DNA from: a virus
Taxonomy: Duplodnaviria; Caudoviricetes
Direction: 5' to 3' (one strand)
Length of the DNA stretch: 53,339 nucleotides
Virus record (IMG/VR): IMGVR_UViG_3300032321_000329
Span: 1 to 53,339 of that record
A program made the translations under genes and the position numbers. This document shows positions 45,701 through 53,339 of the stretch, one piece after another (position 1 is the first letter of the stretch; each line of letters starts with the position of its first letter). The notes below the pieces were generated by a model that had not been told where the DNA came from, did no database searches, and saw only the letters and a program-made list of their open reading frames with translations.

Positions 45701-46075
45701 TAAAAAATCGCCAAATGCTCCTTGAAAATAATCAGCTTCATCTTTTTGTTCAATAGGTTTTTGTGAAGCCAAAGAACCAACTGCCGAAGGTAAAACCGTA
45801 GTATCTTTTTTTTTAAAATCAATATCTTGCTGAGGTACCATTGGTTGTGCTTGTTTTGCAACAAACTGCTCAGGCTTAGGAGCTACATTAGCTACTGAAT
45901 ATTTTTGAAAAAATGAATCTTTATCTTTTGTATAAAGACCATCTCTTGAAACAACATCATATACTTTATCTTTATAAGTTTGGTCTTGACTCCACTTAGT
46001 CTGAAACTCTTCAAAAGACTTAGTGTATTTACCATCTCTAACTAATACATCGTACAATTTCTGTAACTCGTCCAT
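36695..46075 (-). CDS. Giant polyvalent (probably ejected) protein
   Basis: Gly/Ala-rich hydrophobic N-region; zincin motifs HEVAH and HEIQH; LPD23-like TGWEKGLDGKWRYEIPD; ART-like AYHGTP..GEGAQEFGWGLYFT; long helical C-terminus. Confidence 0.75.
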   Translation of the reverse strand: MDELQKLYDVLVRDGKYTKSFEEFQTKWSQDQTYKDKVYDVVSRDGLYTKDKDSFFQKYSVANVAPKPEQFVAKQAQPMVPQQDIDFKKKDTTVLPSAVGSLASQKPIEQKDEADYFQGAFGDFLRGFDKYSPIGIGDFIDDMARSVAQGYRQGTAATEADNLLLQGTKPTDEQLQKFIDANKNVKNLGTSKEAQDFNKIYDEEGGGVWGFVKGIANNPSYLGEVMASSLVGLATNTDALKAGITGVGTGAAAGATTGLAAGGVGAIPGAIAGATSAVPYAMGLAGSIMELGSYVAEGLQEELGDKEMTKENVKAILENPEKFNSLRNKAVARGAIIGAVDAYTNKLASKIGAKILGKSAAKSAVGQATKKAVTKSIATGAGIEAVGGSVGEAAARAAIGQKMDTGEILMEGVAELPGGIRSTIQARFAKPTYKVNGAKVTAEEVDNLIETMTPDELVKTKIDIENDYEGRKFKIQDKIVTNSIKEQVRQGNPELNEPSLNAITELEKELKKLEGNTTQTGKDKAAAIRGQIKNIQENQLQEEAVTETIKTEQDAIQEQATSESVLRTGQPEVGLQQVGEGNVQPEIVTTGTEETITPQGTQEITTQIQENGEPTKTTTGRPIAGNRLFNKPLTKAKEIANGYYQRVFNTERPKFAGTRKLDEARAKRIADAYIAMKDDPNNPEVKAAYDELAKETLEQYKDFADAGFTIEVDNEEPYANSQEMIDDLRNNNRIKIFSTEAGFGSNPITEEQRQRNPLLRDSGLKDAKGNPLLINDVFRAIHDFYGHAELGNSFGPKGEENAWNIHARMFSPLARRAMTTETRGQNSYVNFSGVNEKIDKMREEARQLREKGDEAGAKAIVDKIYQEGLFAEQKIGLLPEEFSQFDEEEVGDITMRPEGLEERDALSEEEQIASMEKMFAEQEAPQATAENKGVLVSNATALGQVKSKVKDAKKLSIIDSAQRALNTLKSVFPNFEIVIHDTNESYVAAMDENQANRDSAGSFTYSKNPDGSFKGTININLTKANQRTVAHEVAHAIMLKAFGENVETFKTFKNRMASILSESSNKQLMDFASQYAEVDSYEEYLAELTAALEQQEGKIDTTTLQKIAALINEFVSKITNGAIIPFEDIKDTKQTIEFFKNISESIRKGEAVRESDIAIKTKETKQTKSERKTKAQLIGKNAQLSATVKFNLNIAEEMDKNKMSAKDIRLATGWEKGLDGKWRYEIPDGKFKDLDINDLKREIQSNGTVIRSAKLSDVFDAPELYEAYPEAKDIKVSFADLAKNNLGSFSISENKIRVNKDLYNNNRPEADLTMLHEIQHYVQEKEFFESGANQANAPLMMKYIIKEFKSKVDSEKRVYDYVKSMYPDNKEAIKKARDFYKSVKDRYAKVKDLSFEKKKKDIKKQVKELGDSTGKNVSIEDIFGKKAASAFNLYYRVAGEVEARNVENRTNLSPEERRKTLLSETENIDREDQIMFDNSKLLFSEEVQNLKEEFPISKAQIDAYHGTPYNITQFSTEKVGTGEGAQEFGWGLYFTNIKEIAKYYADAISKDKKTEGKYVYDVSIHEGKNPSEYTFLNWDEKVNDDVKNKIRKQAKKEGVLEDFSNKLGMKAGILSNIKNYVQTKLYANKVVKLVNDGMSREEAIKKVASDSNTTEKNIQDAFDLYTFRNLNTKSLYAGLSNELGSDRKASEFLLRAGIDGIKYPTTTISNEKTKGSNYVVFDENAVKIKSVTKAQLNAASKINKVIKDARAQGFSESAIKTFLEGKGLTSQEIAQAMASETQAAGKVNITEEMLPGYERLMSKIDSLIKQGESLKSILSTLKNSAEYTNATDIQKEKLVRELRKKLGIREKSAPLAQRLLGLIQDVTKITMTEKQLFNKQIKDLARGAKDAKKLWRQVSGGLTKEIKELASSGKITAKQMATVLRKFSSVDMFNEKSIDKFVDYMVKVFGDAEYANKLEFARSMLKTAKNNINTKIGIADSLYADLNKLFSINPSLIPDSVLDSYLELVDMFGKRQAVLDLKEKSQVKNSTEKILDAIAEEQSVADELADLFNESPNKVFGDEGKLDFAESIKEMLKQGEITQEQADIMRKYKSDIMPQVEPKKMTEQEIAEEKEGLIKEIEDVDVDGSGLPTVDERSTANKLKELIKTEAINKLSNTELKNLLKVISNINNNYFPHYAQIMVEKMNAINRGKNLASAFGKGKLPKLSTLYAKFKNLFTGKGAVLEMIRRNPLYYIDQVFGDFKTKEIFNSLLKPSAEAEARFSSELKKIQNILEKAEEKVAQSFKLDPNKTLMSKFKMMTYMIQLEYESNVGDKQVNPASDYLKATIKHIDEGKSSFGEKDAEMLQDILDKYTDAEGNIDNSKLLNSFNQAEKSAISDIRKLNESLRGKAEYTAAIIRGDKISPLNNYVHLNVLHETKPNELTSGSAFITEYNDSMRPSTKAKSLIARTGKVSPLNFDVFASAQRGAKFVLMDYNLTEPIRTARKTLNEAISNMEEEGRVPKENRQIFNAVRDAFEESVDNLLTNAYISNAFLDDAINYISKQGYRSVLAGTSRLVAELTSNMGFAVISDPAAAKTGYDYKDVIMSVDAPTIMNNVGSTETNRIFPTDTLSGKLIDTNILKQASGIKGGKAKGYIANKIQQIFNRSGKKYINSVELTADALISTPDKVVMRPIWFGSFANEFKKITGQDINFDKIAANDEAYMSKYKDAINKAKTTADERSVFTGATDNAFMGILKGTPKPNQSGWLRAFNNFNNFMTRFLIFEYATARTGINAAIGNGTLTKKQGAALVAAVTTRMMVYTLVLQTLGTGLMGLFFDDEEEEDDDSILQNIGQAFASAFSSIMFGRDFGNATKLFINEGIERANEEYLGFLREGEYDRYKDNIQNSLVPPEKKGRQTGVWDYVQNMGGAFTPLLKTTDLIIKNASAKEPKTESAIERREKENTMRIPLEIAGNAGLIPFYKDIRKAVMNDIYKDLDKNKGKEKQLSPEKQMELDQKLEALDNLEQKARSQEEIDVIEKKVSDLTASDEEKQAMKEERAAKKAEKDDLLTDPDTGEKYDNETELKRYNPRLYQKNFGVRSEWYQENKAEKEVQKKLNKEIRKIEDMEQGYRGTTRKRNSDGTIKRT

Positions 46076-46099
46076 AGTATATTTTTATGTCGTTTATTA

Positions 46100-47932
46100 T
46101 TAATCTAATTCACCTGCTTCACCACCACCTTTTATAACACCTGCCTTAATAAGTCTTTTTATGTTTGCCTTTTTCTCTACATCTGTTTTACCTGATGGAT
46201 TAGCTTTAATCCAATTTTTAATTTCATCAGCAACATTAGGATTTGTTAAATCAAATGTAGATGATTCTTTTTTATCATCAGTAACAACAAATACTTTTTT
46301 ATTAAATGGAACTGCAGAAGGCTTAACAGTAACACCTAATCCTGATAATTTACTATTTAATTCAGCAGATACTTCATCTTTATCTTTACCCGAAATATCT
46401 GAACTTGAAAATACTTTATCAATAGTAGTTCCATAAACAGTAAGAGGGTCAGTTGGTGCTTTAGGAGCTATAGAACCTGACGCAGAAGTTTTTAATTCTA
46501 TTGGTCTGCCACCTATAAATCCACTTCCAAATTTAATAATTGCATCTTCAGGTAATTTTGTACCAAATGCAGGAATAATTGATTTAAAAATTTTCATAGC
46601 GTCAGTTGGCTTTCCACCTTCTGTAAAGTTGAAAGGAATAGGCTTACCTGTTTCATCTGTAACAGTAATTCCTGTAGCTGTTCTTACAACTTTAACTTTT
46701 GAAGTTGCTTCCAAGTACTTAATCGCATTACCAATAGCAACAGGGTCCGTACCTGTTAATGCTGTAGCCAAGTTTTCAGCAAAGTTTTTTGCAGCAAGTT
46801 CTTTTTCTTTAGCATCTATTTCAGGTGCAGTACGAGCTCTTGGCTCTTCTAATGGAGCAGTAACTTTAAGGTCTTCTTTATAATCATACTTAGCACGAGC
46901 CTCATTACGCATAAAATCTTGAGAAACCTTTTTTTGCTCCTCACTAAATTGTGGTGTTGCTTGACCTGAACTTGGGTCTAATTTTAACAAAACTTTATCA
47001 GGATTACCTTTAGCTTCAGCCTCATCATATGTAAAACTATATTGTTTACCATTTGGTGCAAACTTCTTACTATTAGTTAAGACAGATAAACGATTATATG
47101 GATTTGCAAGAGATGCATCAATCATTTGATTCTCAGCATCTATAAATTTAAACATTACCTTTTTTGTTTCAGGGTCAATGTCTGTTCTACTTGTAATGTC
47201 AGCAATTGTTACTATCTCACCTGTTTTACCAATTTTTGCAAGTTTTGTTTGCGTTGCCTTCATCTCATCGCCCAAACCTTTTGCAAATGCGTCAGTTACC
47301 GCATTGGTATCAAACCTATCAAACTTACCTGTTATTTGATTTCTTAATGTATTAATAGATGTAAATTGATTAGGATTGCTATTCATTGCATAAACCTCTT
47401 TGCCATCTATGACTTTCTTTTCTTTCATTGCCACACTAACTGAACCGTCAGTTGGATTAATATATAATTGAGACTTATTAAAGTCTGAGTATCCTTCCGC
47501 TTGAGCCATAAGCCACTGCTCTATATCTTGTGACTTACCTGTTTTGTATCTCTCCATTTTATCAGCAAATACTGCTTGATAGTCTTTAGTAAGTTTAAAT
47601 GCTTGGTCAGTTCCATCAAGTAAATTTTGACGTGCAACAGTGTAGTCTTTTAACTTCATATTACCTGACTTCAACAATCTATCTTGCATCAACATAAACT
47701 GAGATGCATTGTCACCATATTCTAATGCCCATTGATTAGCTCCTTTATGTTCTCCTTGTGGAGGGTTAGCTAATGTCTGACTAAACTCACGAGACGCAGC
47801 GTCAATTGCAGCTTTTTTTTGCTCACGAACCTTGCTCTCCTGTTGGAGCATATCAGTCATGTTCTTACCTACCTCTGCCCAATTTATCTGCGAGTCTGCA
47901 GTTCGCTCTACGTAATTATAATATGTAGCCAT
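46100..47932 (-). CDS. Putative ejection/internal virion protein
   Basis: 610 aa; between the pilot-like gene and the giant protein. Positional inference. Confidence 0.5.
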   Translation of the reverse strand: MATYYNYVERTADSQINWAEVGKNMTDMLQQESKVREQKKAAIDAASREFSQTLANPPQGEHKGANQWALEYGDNASQFMLMQDRLLKSGNMKLKDYTVARQNLLDGTDQAFKLTKDYQAVFADKMERYKTGKSQDIEQWLMAQAEGYSDFNKSQLYINPTDGSVSVAMKEKKVIDGKEVYAMNSNPNQFTSINTLRNQITGKFDRFDTNAVTDAFAKGLGDEMKATQTKLAKIGKTGEIVTIADITSRTDIDPETKKVMFKFIDAENQMIDASLANPYNRLSVLTNSKKFAPNGKQYSFTYDEAEAKGNPDKVLLKLDPSSGQATPQFSEEQKKVSQDFMRNEARAKYDYKEDLKVTAPLEEPRARTAPEIDAKEKELAAKNFAENLATALTGTDPVAIGNAIKYLEATSKVKVVRTATGITVTDETGKPIPFNFTEGGKPTDAMKIFKSIIPAFGTKLPEDAIIKFGSGFIGGRPIELKTSASGSIAPKAPTDPLTVYGTTIDKVFSSSDISGKDKDEVSAELNSKLSGLGVTVKPSAVPFNKKVFVVTDDKKESSTFDLTNPNVADEIKNWIKANPSGKTDVEKKANIKRLIKAGVIKGGGEAGELD

Positions 47933-47938
47933 TGTTTA

Positions 47939-48706
47939 TTATTTTGTTATATATCCTCCTACTGATGGATTATTATATAATGTAGAAAGTGGGTTATTAT
48001 TTGGATTTAAAAGCGGATTAAAATATTCTAAGTTATTAAGTTGTTGTTGATATTGTTGTTGCTGTTGCTGAGTTACTCTATTTTCTAATGCATATTTACC
48101 TGTAGTAGGTCTTTGTGTGACAGCATAACCATTAGCATCTATACCTTGCTTGTCATACAATGGAACAAATTGCATAGCTTGTTGACCCATACTTGTTAAT
48201 CCTTGAAATCCTTGTTGCATTGATTGTGCTTGTAATTGCTGTGCATTTGCTGCAGCTAACTGAGCTCCTGATACTTCACCTAAATCTAACTGAACACCAA
48301 CGTCACGTAAACGACTTTGCTCTTGCAATTGTTTGTTTTCTAATGCAGTTAACTCCTGACCCATTGCAGTTCTTATTCCTGCTTGTCCTTGTTGTTGTGC
48401 TAATTGAACACGACCTGCTGTTGCTGCCGCACCTCTTTCACTTTCAACTCCTGCTTGTATAGCCTGAGCACCCTGAGCAAGCAATGCTTCTCTTTCTAAT
48501 TCATAAGGTTCTTTTTGAATGCCTTGTGCAGCATAAAAATTAGTTTCTAATTTCTTACGTGCTTGTTGCATTGCTTCATCAGCATCACGCTCTGCATTAC
48601 GCATAGCTTTTTTTTGTTGACCTGCTTGCACAAATGATGCTGTAGTGCCTGCTGCTCCTATTGCCAATCCACCTAATGCTATTGCTGTTGATGTTGCTAT
48701 TGCCAT
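47939..48706 (-). CDS. Putative ejection/pilot protein
   Basis: Hydrophobic Gly/Ala N-terminus followed by a Gln/Ala-rich helix. Confidence 0.6.
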   Translation of the reverse strand: MAIATSTAIALGGLAIGAAGTTASFVQAGQQKKAMRNAERDADEAMQQARKKLETNFYAAQGIQKEPYELEREALLAQGAQAIQAGVESERGAAATAGRVQLAQQQGQAGIRTAMGQELTALENKQLQEQSRLRDVGVQLDLGEVSGAQLAAANAQQLQAQSMQQGFQGLTSMGQQAMQFVPLYDKQGIDANGYAVTQRPTTGKYALENRVTQQQQQQYQQQLNNLEYFNPLLNPNNNPLSTLYNNPSVGGYITK

Positions 48707-48707
48707 A

Positions 48708-49118
48708 TTATAATTTTTTAATCATTTCACTGTTATAAGTATCCCCTTTAATGTAACCTAATTGTTCGTAGGTTTCAATAAGACTTGTATGCTTTATTAA
48801 TGCATACACATATTTACTTCCTGTTTTACCGCATATATCTGTTAACGCTGACACCAATAACTTAATGGCATCTTTTCTTTGTGGTTTCTTTGTATATTCC
48901 TTATTCGATATTATCCAATCAACCCAAGCCGCTTTGGAATTAGTCAAATACATAAATCCGGCACATACAGGCGTTTCATCATCATAAATAATTATACCAC
49001 CTTTACCATCATTAGGAAGAAAGTCTCTTTGAGGAGCCTCCCATCCCCACTGCTTCCACCATCCTACAAGAATTTCATCGTAGTCTGTTTCGTTCAGTTC
49101 TCGTATATATAATTCCAT
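48708..49118 (-). CDS. GNAT-fold protein
   Basis: IRELNETDY..AWVDWIISN..LIETYEQLGY; precedes the ejection genes; TATCTTTG at 49126-49133 (minus). Confidence 0.55.
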   Translation of the reverse strand: MELYIRELNETDYDEILVGWWKQWGWEAPQRDFLPNDGKGGIIIYDDETPVCAGFMYLTNSKAAWVDWIISNKEYTKKPQRKDAIKLLVSALTDICGKTGSKYVYALIKHTSLIETYEQLGYIKGDTYNSEMIKKL

Positions 49119-49139
49119 ATTCCTACAAAGATATTAAAT

Positions 49140-49943
49140 TTAAGGAAAACTTTTCATAACTTCTGACTGAACCGCAAATAATTCTACTTTGCTTGTAGAG
49201 GTATTTGATAGGCTAAAGGTACAATAATGTCCTAACACTCCATGAGATTCAGCTACTGAGTTTTTAATATACAAGAAGAACGCATCCTGAATAGGTATAA
49301 CCGTAGTTCCCGGAATTGTCGTATCTATGGTCAATTGGTTTACAGATGTCGGCAAATCGACTGTAATAGCCGTTACTTTACCTGCAAGAACAGGAGTAGT
49401 ATATGGAGGAAGCGAGTAGTATAAATAGTCTCCTATGCTAATAATGCTTCCTATAGATACCGCAACATTAAATTTTATAATATTGCCACCTGTAACCTGA
49501 TAGCTTCTACCTATACCATTTACACTTCGTAGAGCTAATTGACCCGTTGAGTTGTTTCTAATAAAGGCAAAATATGCTGCTTCTTTCTTTTCAAACCATG
49601 TTTCTTGAATAAATCCCGAATATTGTAAGTCAGTCTCTAAGGTTGCAGCCCATTTGGCATCACCTTGAAGGTTAATTGTCTTAAATAATTTATTCTCAAG
49701 AGGTGCTGTATTAAACACACTTTGAAGAGTAGCAGGCTCAAATGCTAAATTTGGGGTACCAACTTTAGTCCACCACTGCTTATAAAATGTATTTCTTTCT
49801 GCATTTGTATTATGTCTATACAAATCTCCTCCTTTAAATGTATAAAAATAGTTATTCATCCCTAACATAAAGTCAGGATGAAAAGAATAGAAGGATACCC
49901 AACCTCCAACCATGTCACTATATGATAGTGTATTATTTGCCAT
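49140..49943 (-). CDS. Tail protein
   Basis: GWVSFYSFHPD..YFYTFKGGDLYRH..NKLFKTINL resembles the C-terminal part of podophage tail stabilisation proteins. Confidence 0.5.
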   Translation of the reverse strand: MANNTLSYSDMVGGWVSFYSFHPDFMLGMNNYFYTFKGGDLYRHNTNAERNTFYKQWWTKVGTPNLAFEPATLQSVFNTAPLENKLFKTINLQGDAKWAATLETDLQYSGFIQETWFEKKEAAYFAFIRNNSTGQLALRSVNGIGRSYQVTGGNIIKFNVAVSIGSIISIGDYLYYSLPPYTTPVLAGKVTAITVDLPTSVNQLTIDTTIPGTTVIPIQDAFFLYIKNSVAESHGVLGHYCTFSLSNTSTSKVELFAVQSEVMKSFP

Positions 49944-49952
49944 ATTATTTAT

Positions 49953-50510
49953 TTATAAACAAGTTTTACCAATATATATTGTAAATAAAATTCCCGAAAT
50001 AGTTACGGTAGCTCCATTAGCATAAGATGTTGTACCACCACCATTTATAACTAAAGGAATAGTAAGTGAAGAAAAACTATAAGGAGTAGTTGTACCCCAT
50101 GTTCCACTAAAAGTAGTTGAAGGTTTAGAATCTGTCATTCCGGTAACATTCAATCCAAGAATACCACCTGTTAATGTAGCACCTGCAACTGCAGTTCCTG
50201 CACCGCAAGCATTATTTGGATATCCATCTACTGCTACTGAACCAACAAAAACAGTTTGAGGAACAGGTACAGTTGATAGAATCGTAAACGATTTATCAAA
50301 TGAATTAAAAGAAACTGTAATGCTTCCTGTAGTAGGTGCAGCAACGCACTCTTGTTGTGGTAATAATACCCCACTAACTTGCTCTCTTGATATAACTCCA
50401 TCTGAATAAAACCCATCTGCAGCAAGTGTAGCCAAAGTTGAATTTGTAAACACAGCCGTTGCAGAACCTAAAGATGGAGCATTGAGATAATATGTTGAAC
50501 TTATAGCCAT
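49953..50510 (-). CDS. Putative tail-associated beta protein
   Basis: ATAVFTNSTL.TLAADGFYSDG motif; Thr/Ser/Gly-rich. Confidence 0.5.
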   Translation of the reverse strand: MAISSTYYLNAPSLGSATAVFTNSTLATLAADGFYSDGVISREQVSGVLLPQQECVAAPTTGSITVSFNSFDKSFTILSTVPVPQTVFVGSVAVDGYPNNACGAGTAVAGATLTGGILGLNVTGMTDSKPSTTFSGTWGTTTPYSFSSLTIPLVINGGGTTSYANGATVTISGILFTIYIGKTCL

Positions 50511-50523
50511 ATATTTATTTTAT

Positions 50524-53339
50524 TTAAGCACAATTAAAACAAGAATCATTTGAACTCACTGTTGAATAACATAATGTAACAGCAGTAGCTTGTCTAAAAT
50601 CCCATATCAAATATAGATAATCTTGAAGAGCAGGCACTACAAATTCAGCATAGTTAAATGTTCCACTTCCTTGATTAGGTGTAGCTGTTGTAGCTAATCC
50701 TAATAAAGTATTCAAGTTAGCACTATTGTTATTATATAAAGTATCAGAAGTATAATACTTAAACTCATCTTCTGCTGCATTAAATACAAATGTATCGGTA
50801 GCAAATTGATTTGAAATCAATCTTAATGTGCTACCTGCAGGAGGAAATGCTCCTGTACCAACTAAATCAGTTGTTATATTATATCTTGATACAAGAGGAC
50901 TATCTGTACCTGTTACAAATGTTACAAGACTTGATTGTAATGGAGAAACAAATCCATCATTTGTATATCTATACTGTGTATGAACCGTATCTCCTGACTC
51001 ATAATCATTAGTCAAAACTATTTGTACTATACTAAGTGAAGCTGCATTACAACAATCGGCAAGAACATCTAATACAATATCTCCTGTATAATTAATTGTA
51101 ATAGCTACTGTTTCTGCTGATATATTATCCTTATCAAAAGTTAAAGTGCCACTTGTACTAATAAATCCTGTAGTATCAGTTGTACCATTATAGTCAATTG
51201 CTATTTCAAATAAACCACCTACAGATATTGAAGCCACATTGAAATTAATATCAGTCAATCCTACTACCGGACCTAAGTCAACACAATAGTTAATTGTTTT
51301 TGTTTCTTCCGCCAATGTACTTAAAGTAAATGTCTGAGATATACCACAACCTAAACATTGAGGATTATACGGAAGTTCTATGTCATTATTTGATAGTACA
51401 TATTCATTCATATAAGGGTCAAATCCACCAAGTTTTTGAGTATTAAAAGATGTATTAAATTCATCTCTAAACCAAGTTCTCATATTCATTTCAGAAACAA
51501 CTTTAAGTTCTTCATTAGAATAAGACGTACCTCTTAATTGTATAACTACACCTCTTTTTGTATCAGTGAAATATCTATCATATCCCCACTGAATATAACT
51601 CTCAGGATTAAAACTAATACCATACTTTTCACTACGAGCAATTTGAGTACCTAAAACCTCAGGTACAGATGCTATAGCACCACCACCTGTTGAGTCTGAT
51701 AGCAAATTCTTGTCAGCTAATACGTATGAAATTCTATCTTCTTGTAGTACAAGCACGTCAGTCTGACGACCATCTAATACGAATATCTCACCAAATGACG
51801 TTTCTAAATTTTTATAGTTTAAGAGTCCTAAATTAAATTCATTTAACTTATTCACATTTGATTCAGCATTATATATACCACTATAAGTAATATCAGCAAA
51901 TCTATCTGCTGCTTTATAATCTTGTGCAGATACACTTGTTACTCTATTACCAAAATTAAATGAGTTACCAACAATTGAATCACGAATCTTATAACTCTCT
52001 GCTCCGTTTCCAAAAGCAAAACAGTTAAAGAATTTGGTATCAACAATTGCAGAAACTCCTGTGCTATAGTTTTGATTTTGAATGTTACCCATATGGTTAC
52101 CATTGGTAATTGCAAATGACATTTCATTTTCAAAAAAGACATCAGGTAAAGCATCGCTTGGTTCAGTCTCAAATATTAAAGTTTTATCAGAACGAAATAC
52201 TGTAATATTAACTTCAACACTTGATGCACGACCATTTGGATAACCAACACCCGTACAAGATTTGGTTCCTGTTACCATCAATTGTAATTGAAGTGTTGAA
52301 GTGTTTCTATAAAATTTATAATAGTTAGTGCAAAAAGCTGTAGGTATATCTCCTGCTGTGGTTGTAATTCCTGATACAAATTCATTGTCAGGAACGCAAG
52401 CACCTCCTCCTGCGTATCTTACACCATCATTTAAAAATTGTTCTACATTATCTCCTACCCACCAATCATACATATTATCATAAGTATTAGAAGAAACTAA
52501 TGTTTTTTCTAAATTACTTTTTCTTTGTTCACAAGAATCACCTCCTCCTCCTCCTCTAAATTGAGTAAAACTTAATACAATTCTACTTCCTGCAGGAACA
52601 GTATAGTCAACCCAAGCAGATGTAGCTGTATCATATCTATTCATTGGGTAATATAAAATAGGATAATTGCCTCCTCTTGGAACAGTTTCTTTAATTTTAC
52701 CCGGAGCAATGATAGCTAACTCATCTTGAACGACATTAAAACTATTAGGGTTTATTTTCATATAAACACCTGCAGGTATTGGTATATTTACCGTTGGGTC
52801 TAACTCACTTGGTATTTCTAAGAATCCTGAAGTCTGAGAAGATTTCTCAAGAACAGTTGCATACACACAAGTAGTAGTTGCACCACCTGAATCAGCTTTA
52901 ACAATTAATCTATCTCCTGCTTCAACCTTACGTGCATTCTCACCTTCAAGTAAAAAATACGCATTATTAGTTATTGGGTCCTCAAAAAATATGCTACAAT
53001 ATATTGTCTCATAATTTTCTTCATCAGGTTTAATCACAAACTTATATCGTGTTGCCCAAGCCGGAGGAAGTTGAGTTGGTGGTATTGTTACTTGAATTGA
53101 ATTTTTAAATGCAGATAATCCGCAAGGAATGTGTTCTGTATTATTAGGACTTACCAATGCCGTAGTTGCTCTATTAAACTCATCCATATATACAATACCA
53201 ATCTCGTAATCTCTATTACTATGTAAACTTTGAGGATTTGCTATTTCTTGAAATGTAGCCTCTGCTAATGTCACTTCATAATACTCGTAGAATGTTTGAG
53301 TTGGAGTTGTAGTATTATCTACATATCTCATTGCAGGAA
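50524..53339 (-). CDS. Tail stabilisation/nozzle-like protein (5' end probably off the window)
   Basis: YEIGIVYMDEFNR, NCFAFGNGAES and YGISFNPES motifs; frame stays open to the window end. Confidence 0.65.
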   Translation of the reverse strand, partial: PAMRYVDNTTTPTQTFYEYYEVTLAEATFQEIANPQSLHSNRDYEIGIVYMDEFNRATTALVSPNNTEHIPCGLSAFKNSIQVTIPPTQLPPAWATRYKFVIKPDEENYETIYCSIFFEDPITNNAYFLLEGENARKVEAGDRLIVKADSGGATTTCVYATVLEKSSQTSGFLEIPSELDPTVNIPIPAGVYMKINPNSFNVVQDELAIIAPGKIKETVPRGGNYPILYYPMNRYDTATSAWVDYTVPAGSRIVLSFTQFRGGGGGDSCEQRKSNLEKTLVSSNTYDNMYDWWVGDNVEQFLNDGVRYAGGGACVPDNEFVSGITTTAGDIPTAFCTNYYKFYRNTSTLQLQLMVTGTKSCTGVGYPNGRASSVEVNITVFRSDKTLIFETEPSDALPDVFFENEMSFAITNGNHMGNIQNQNYSTGVSAIVDTKFFNCFAFGNGAESYKIRDSIVGNSFNFGNRVTSVSAQDYKAADRFADITYSGIYNAESNVNKLNEFNLGLLNYKNLETSFGEIFVLDGRQTDVLVLQEDRISYVLADKNLLSDSTGGGAIASVPEVLGTQIARSEKYGISFNPESYIQWGYDRYFTDTKRGVVIQLRGTSYSNEELKVVSEMNMRTWFRDEFNTSFNTQKLGGFDPYMNEYVLSNNDIELPYNPQCLGCGISQTFTLSTLAEETKTINYCVDLGPVVGLTDINFNVASISVGGLFEIAIDYNGTTDTTGFISTSGTLTFDKDNISAETVAITINYTGDIVLDVLADCCNAASLSIVQIVLTNDYESGDTVHTQYRYTNDGFVSPLQSSLVTFVTGTDSPLVSRYNITTDLVGTGAFPPAGSTLRLISNQFATDTFVFNAAEDEFKYYTSDTLYNNNSANLNTLLGLATTATPNQGSGTFNYAEFVVPALQDYLYLIWDFRQATAVTLCYSTVSSNDSCFNCA

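Noticed and set aside
36976-48462. Short antisense ORFs inside the large minus-strand genes (also within terL and groEL)
   Set aside because: Shadow frames of long genes with no motifs or leaders.
1-53339. Stop-codon reassignment as in some crAss-like phages
   Set aside because: Long genes are intact in the standard code and TAG, TGA and TAA all end genes.
1-53339. tRNA genes, integrase, DNA polymerase, major capsid gene
   Set aside because: None recognised in this window. They may lie outside it, so lifestyle cannot be determined.

Overview
A 53-kb piece of a tailed dsDNA phage genome, probably a podovirus of a Bacteroidota host. Host evidence: TAnnTTTG-type promoters and A-rich leaders without Shine-Dalgarno sites. 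Layout: (i) 1-19.9 kb, minus strand: portal (partial), terminase, a 1783-aa tail fibre, a lysis cassette, small basic proteins and phage-encoded GroEL/GroES. (ii) 19.9-20.4 kb: a non-coding strand-switch region. (iii) 20.4-36.7 kb, plus strand, early/replication arm: amidoligase, GATase-GGCT fusion, DnaA-C-like HTH proteins, Sak-like annealase, exonuclease, SSB, primase-helicase, SF2 helicase, phosphoesterase. (iv) 36.7-53.3 kb, minus strand: a 3126-aa polyvalent protein and ejection/tail proteins. The main signal is non-coding. Three complete type III hammerhead ribozymes sit between early genes, each just after a stop codon and directly behind the same 16-bp palindrome GTGTCTT(T/C)AAAGACAC. 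I found that palindrome nine times, three of them inside coding sequence. Also seen: a pseudoknot-like leader before the SSB gene, two homologous iteron-like regions, a parS-like site, (AATCA)n leaders and an apparent CCAG/CTGG avoidance. All protein calls come from motif recognition by eye. No database search or folding program was run, so novelty is unverified.
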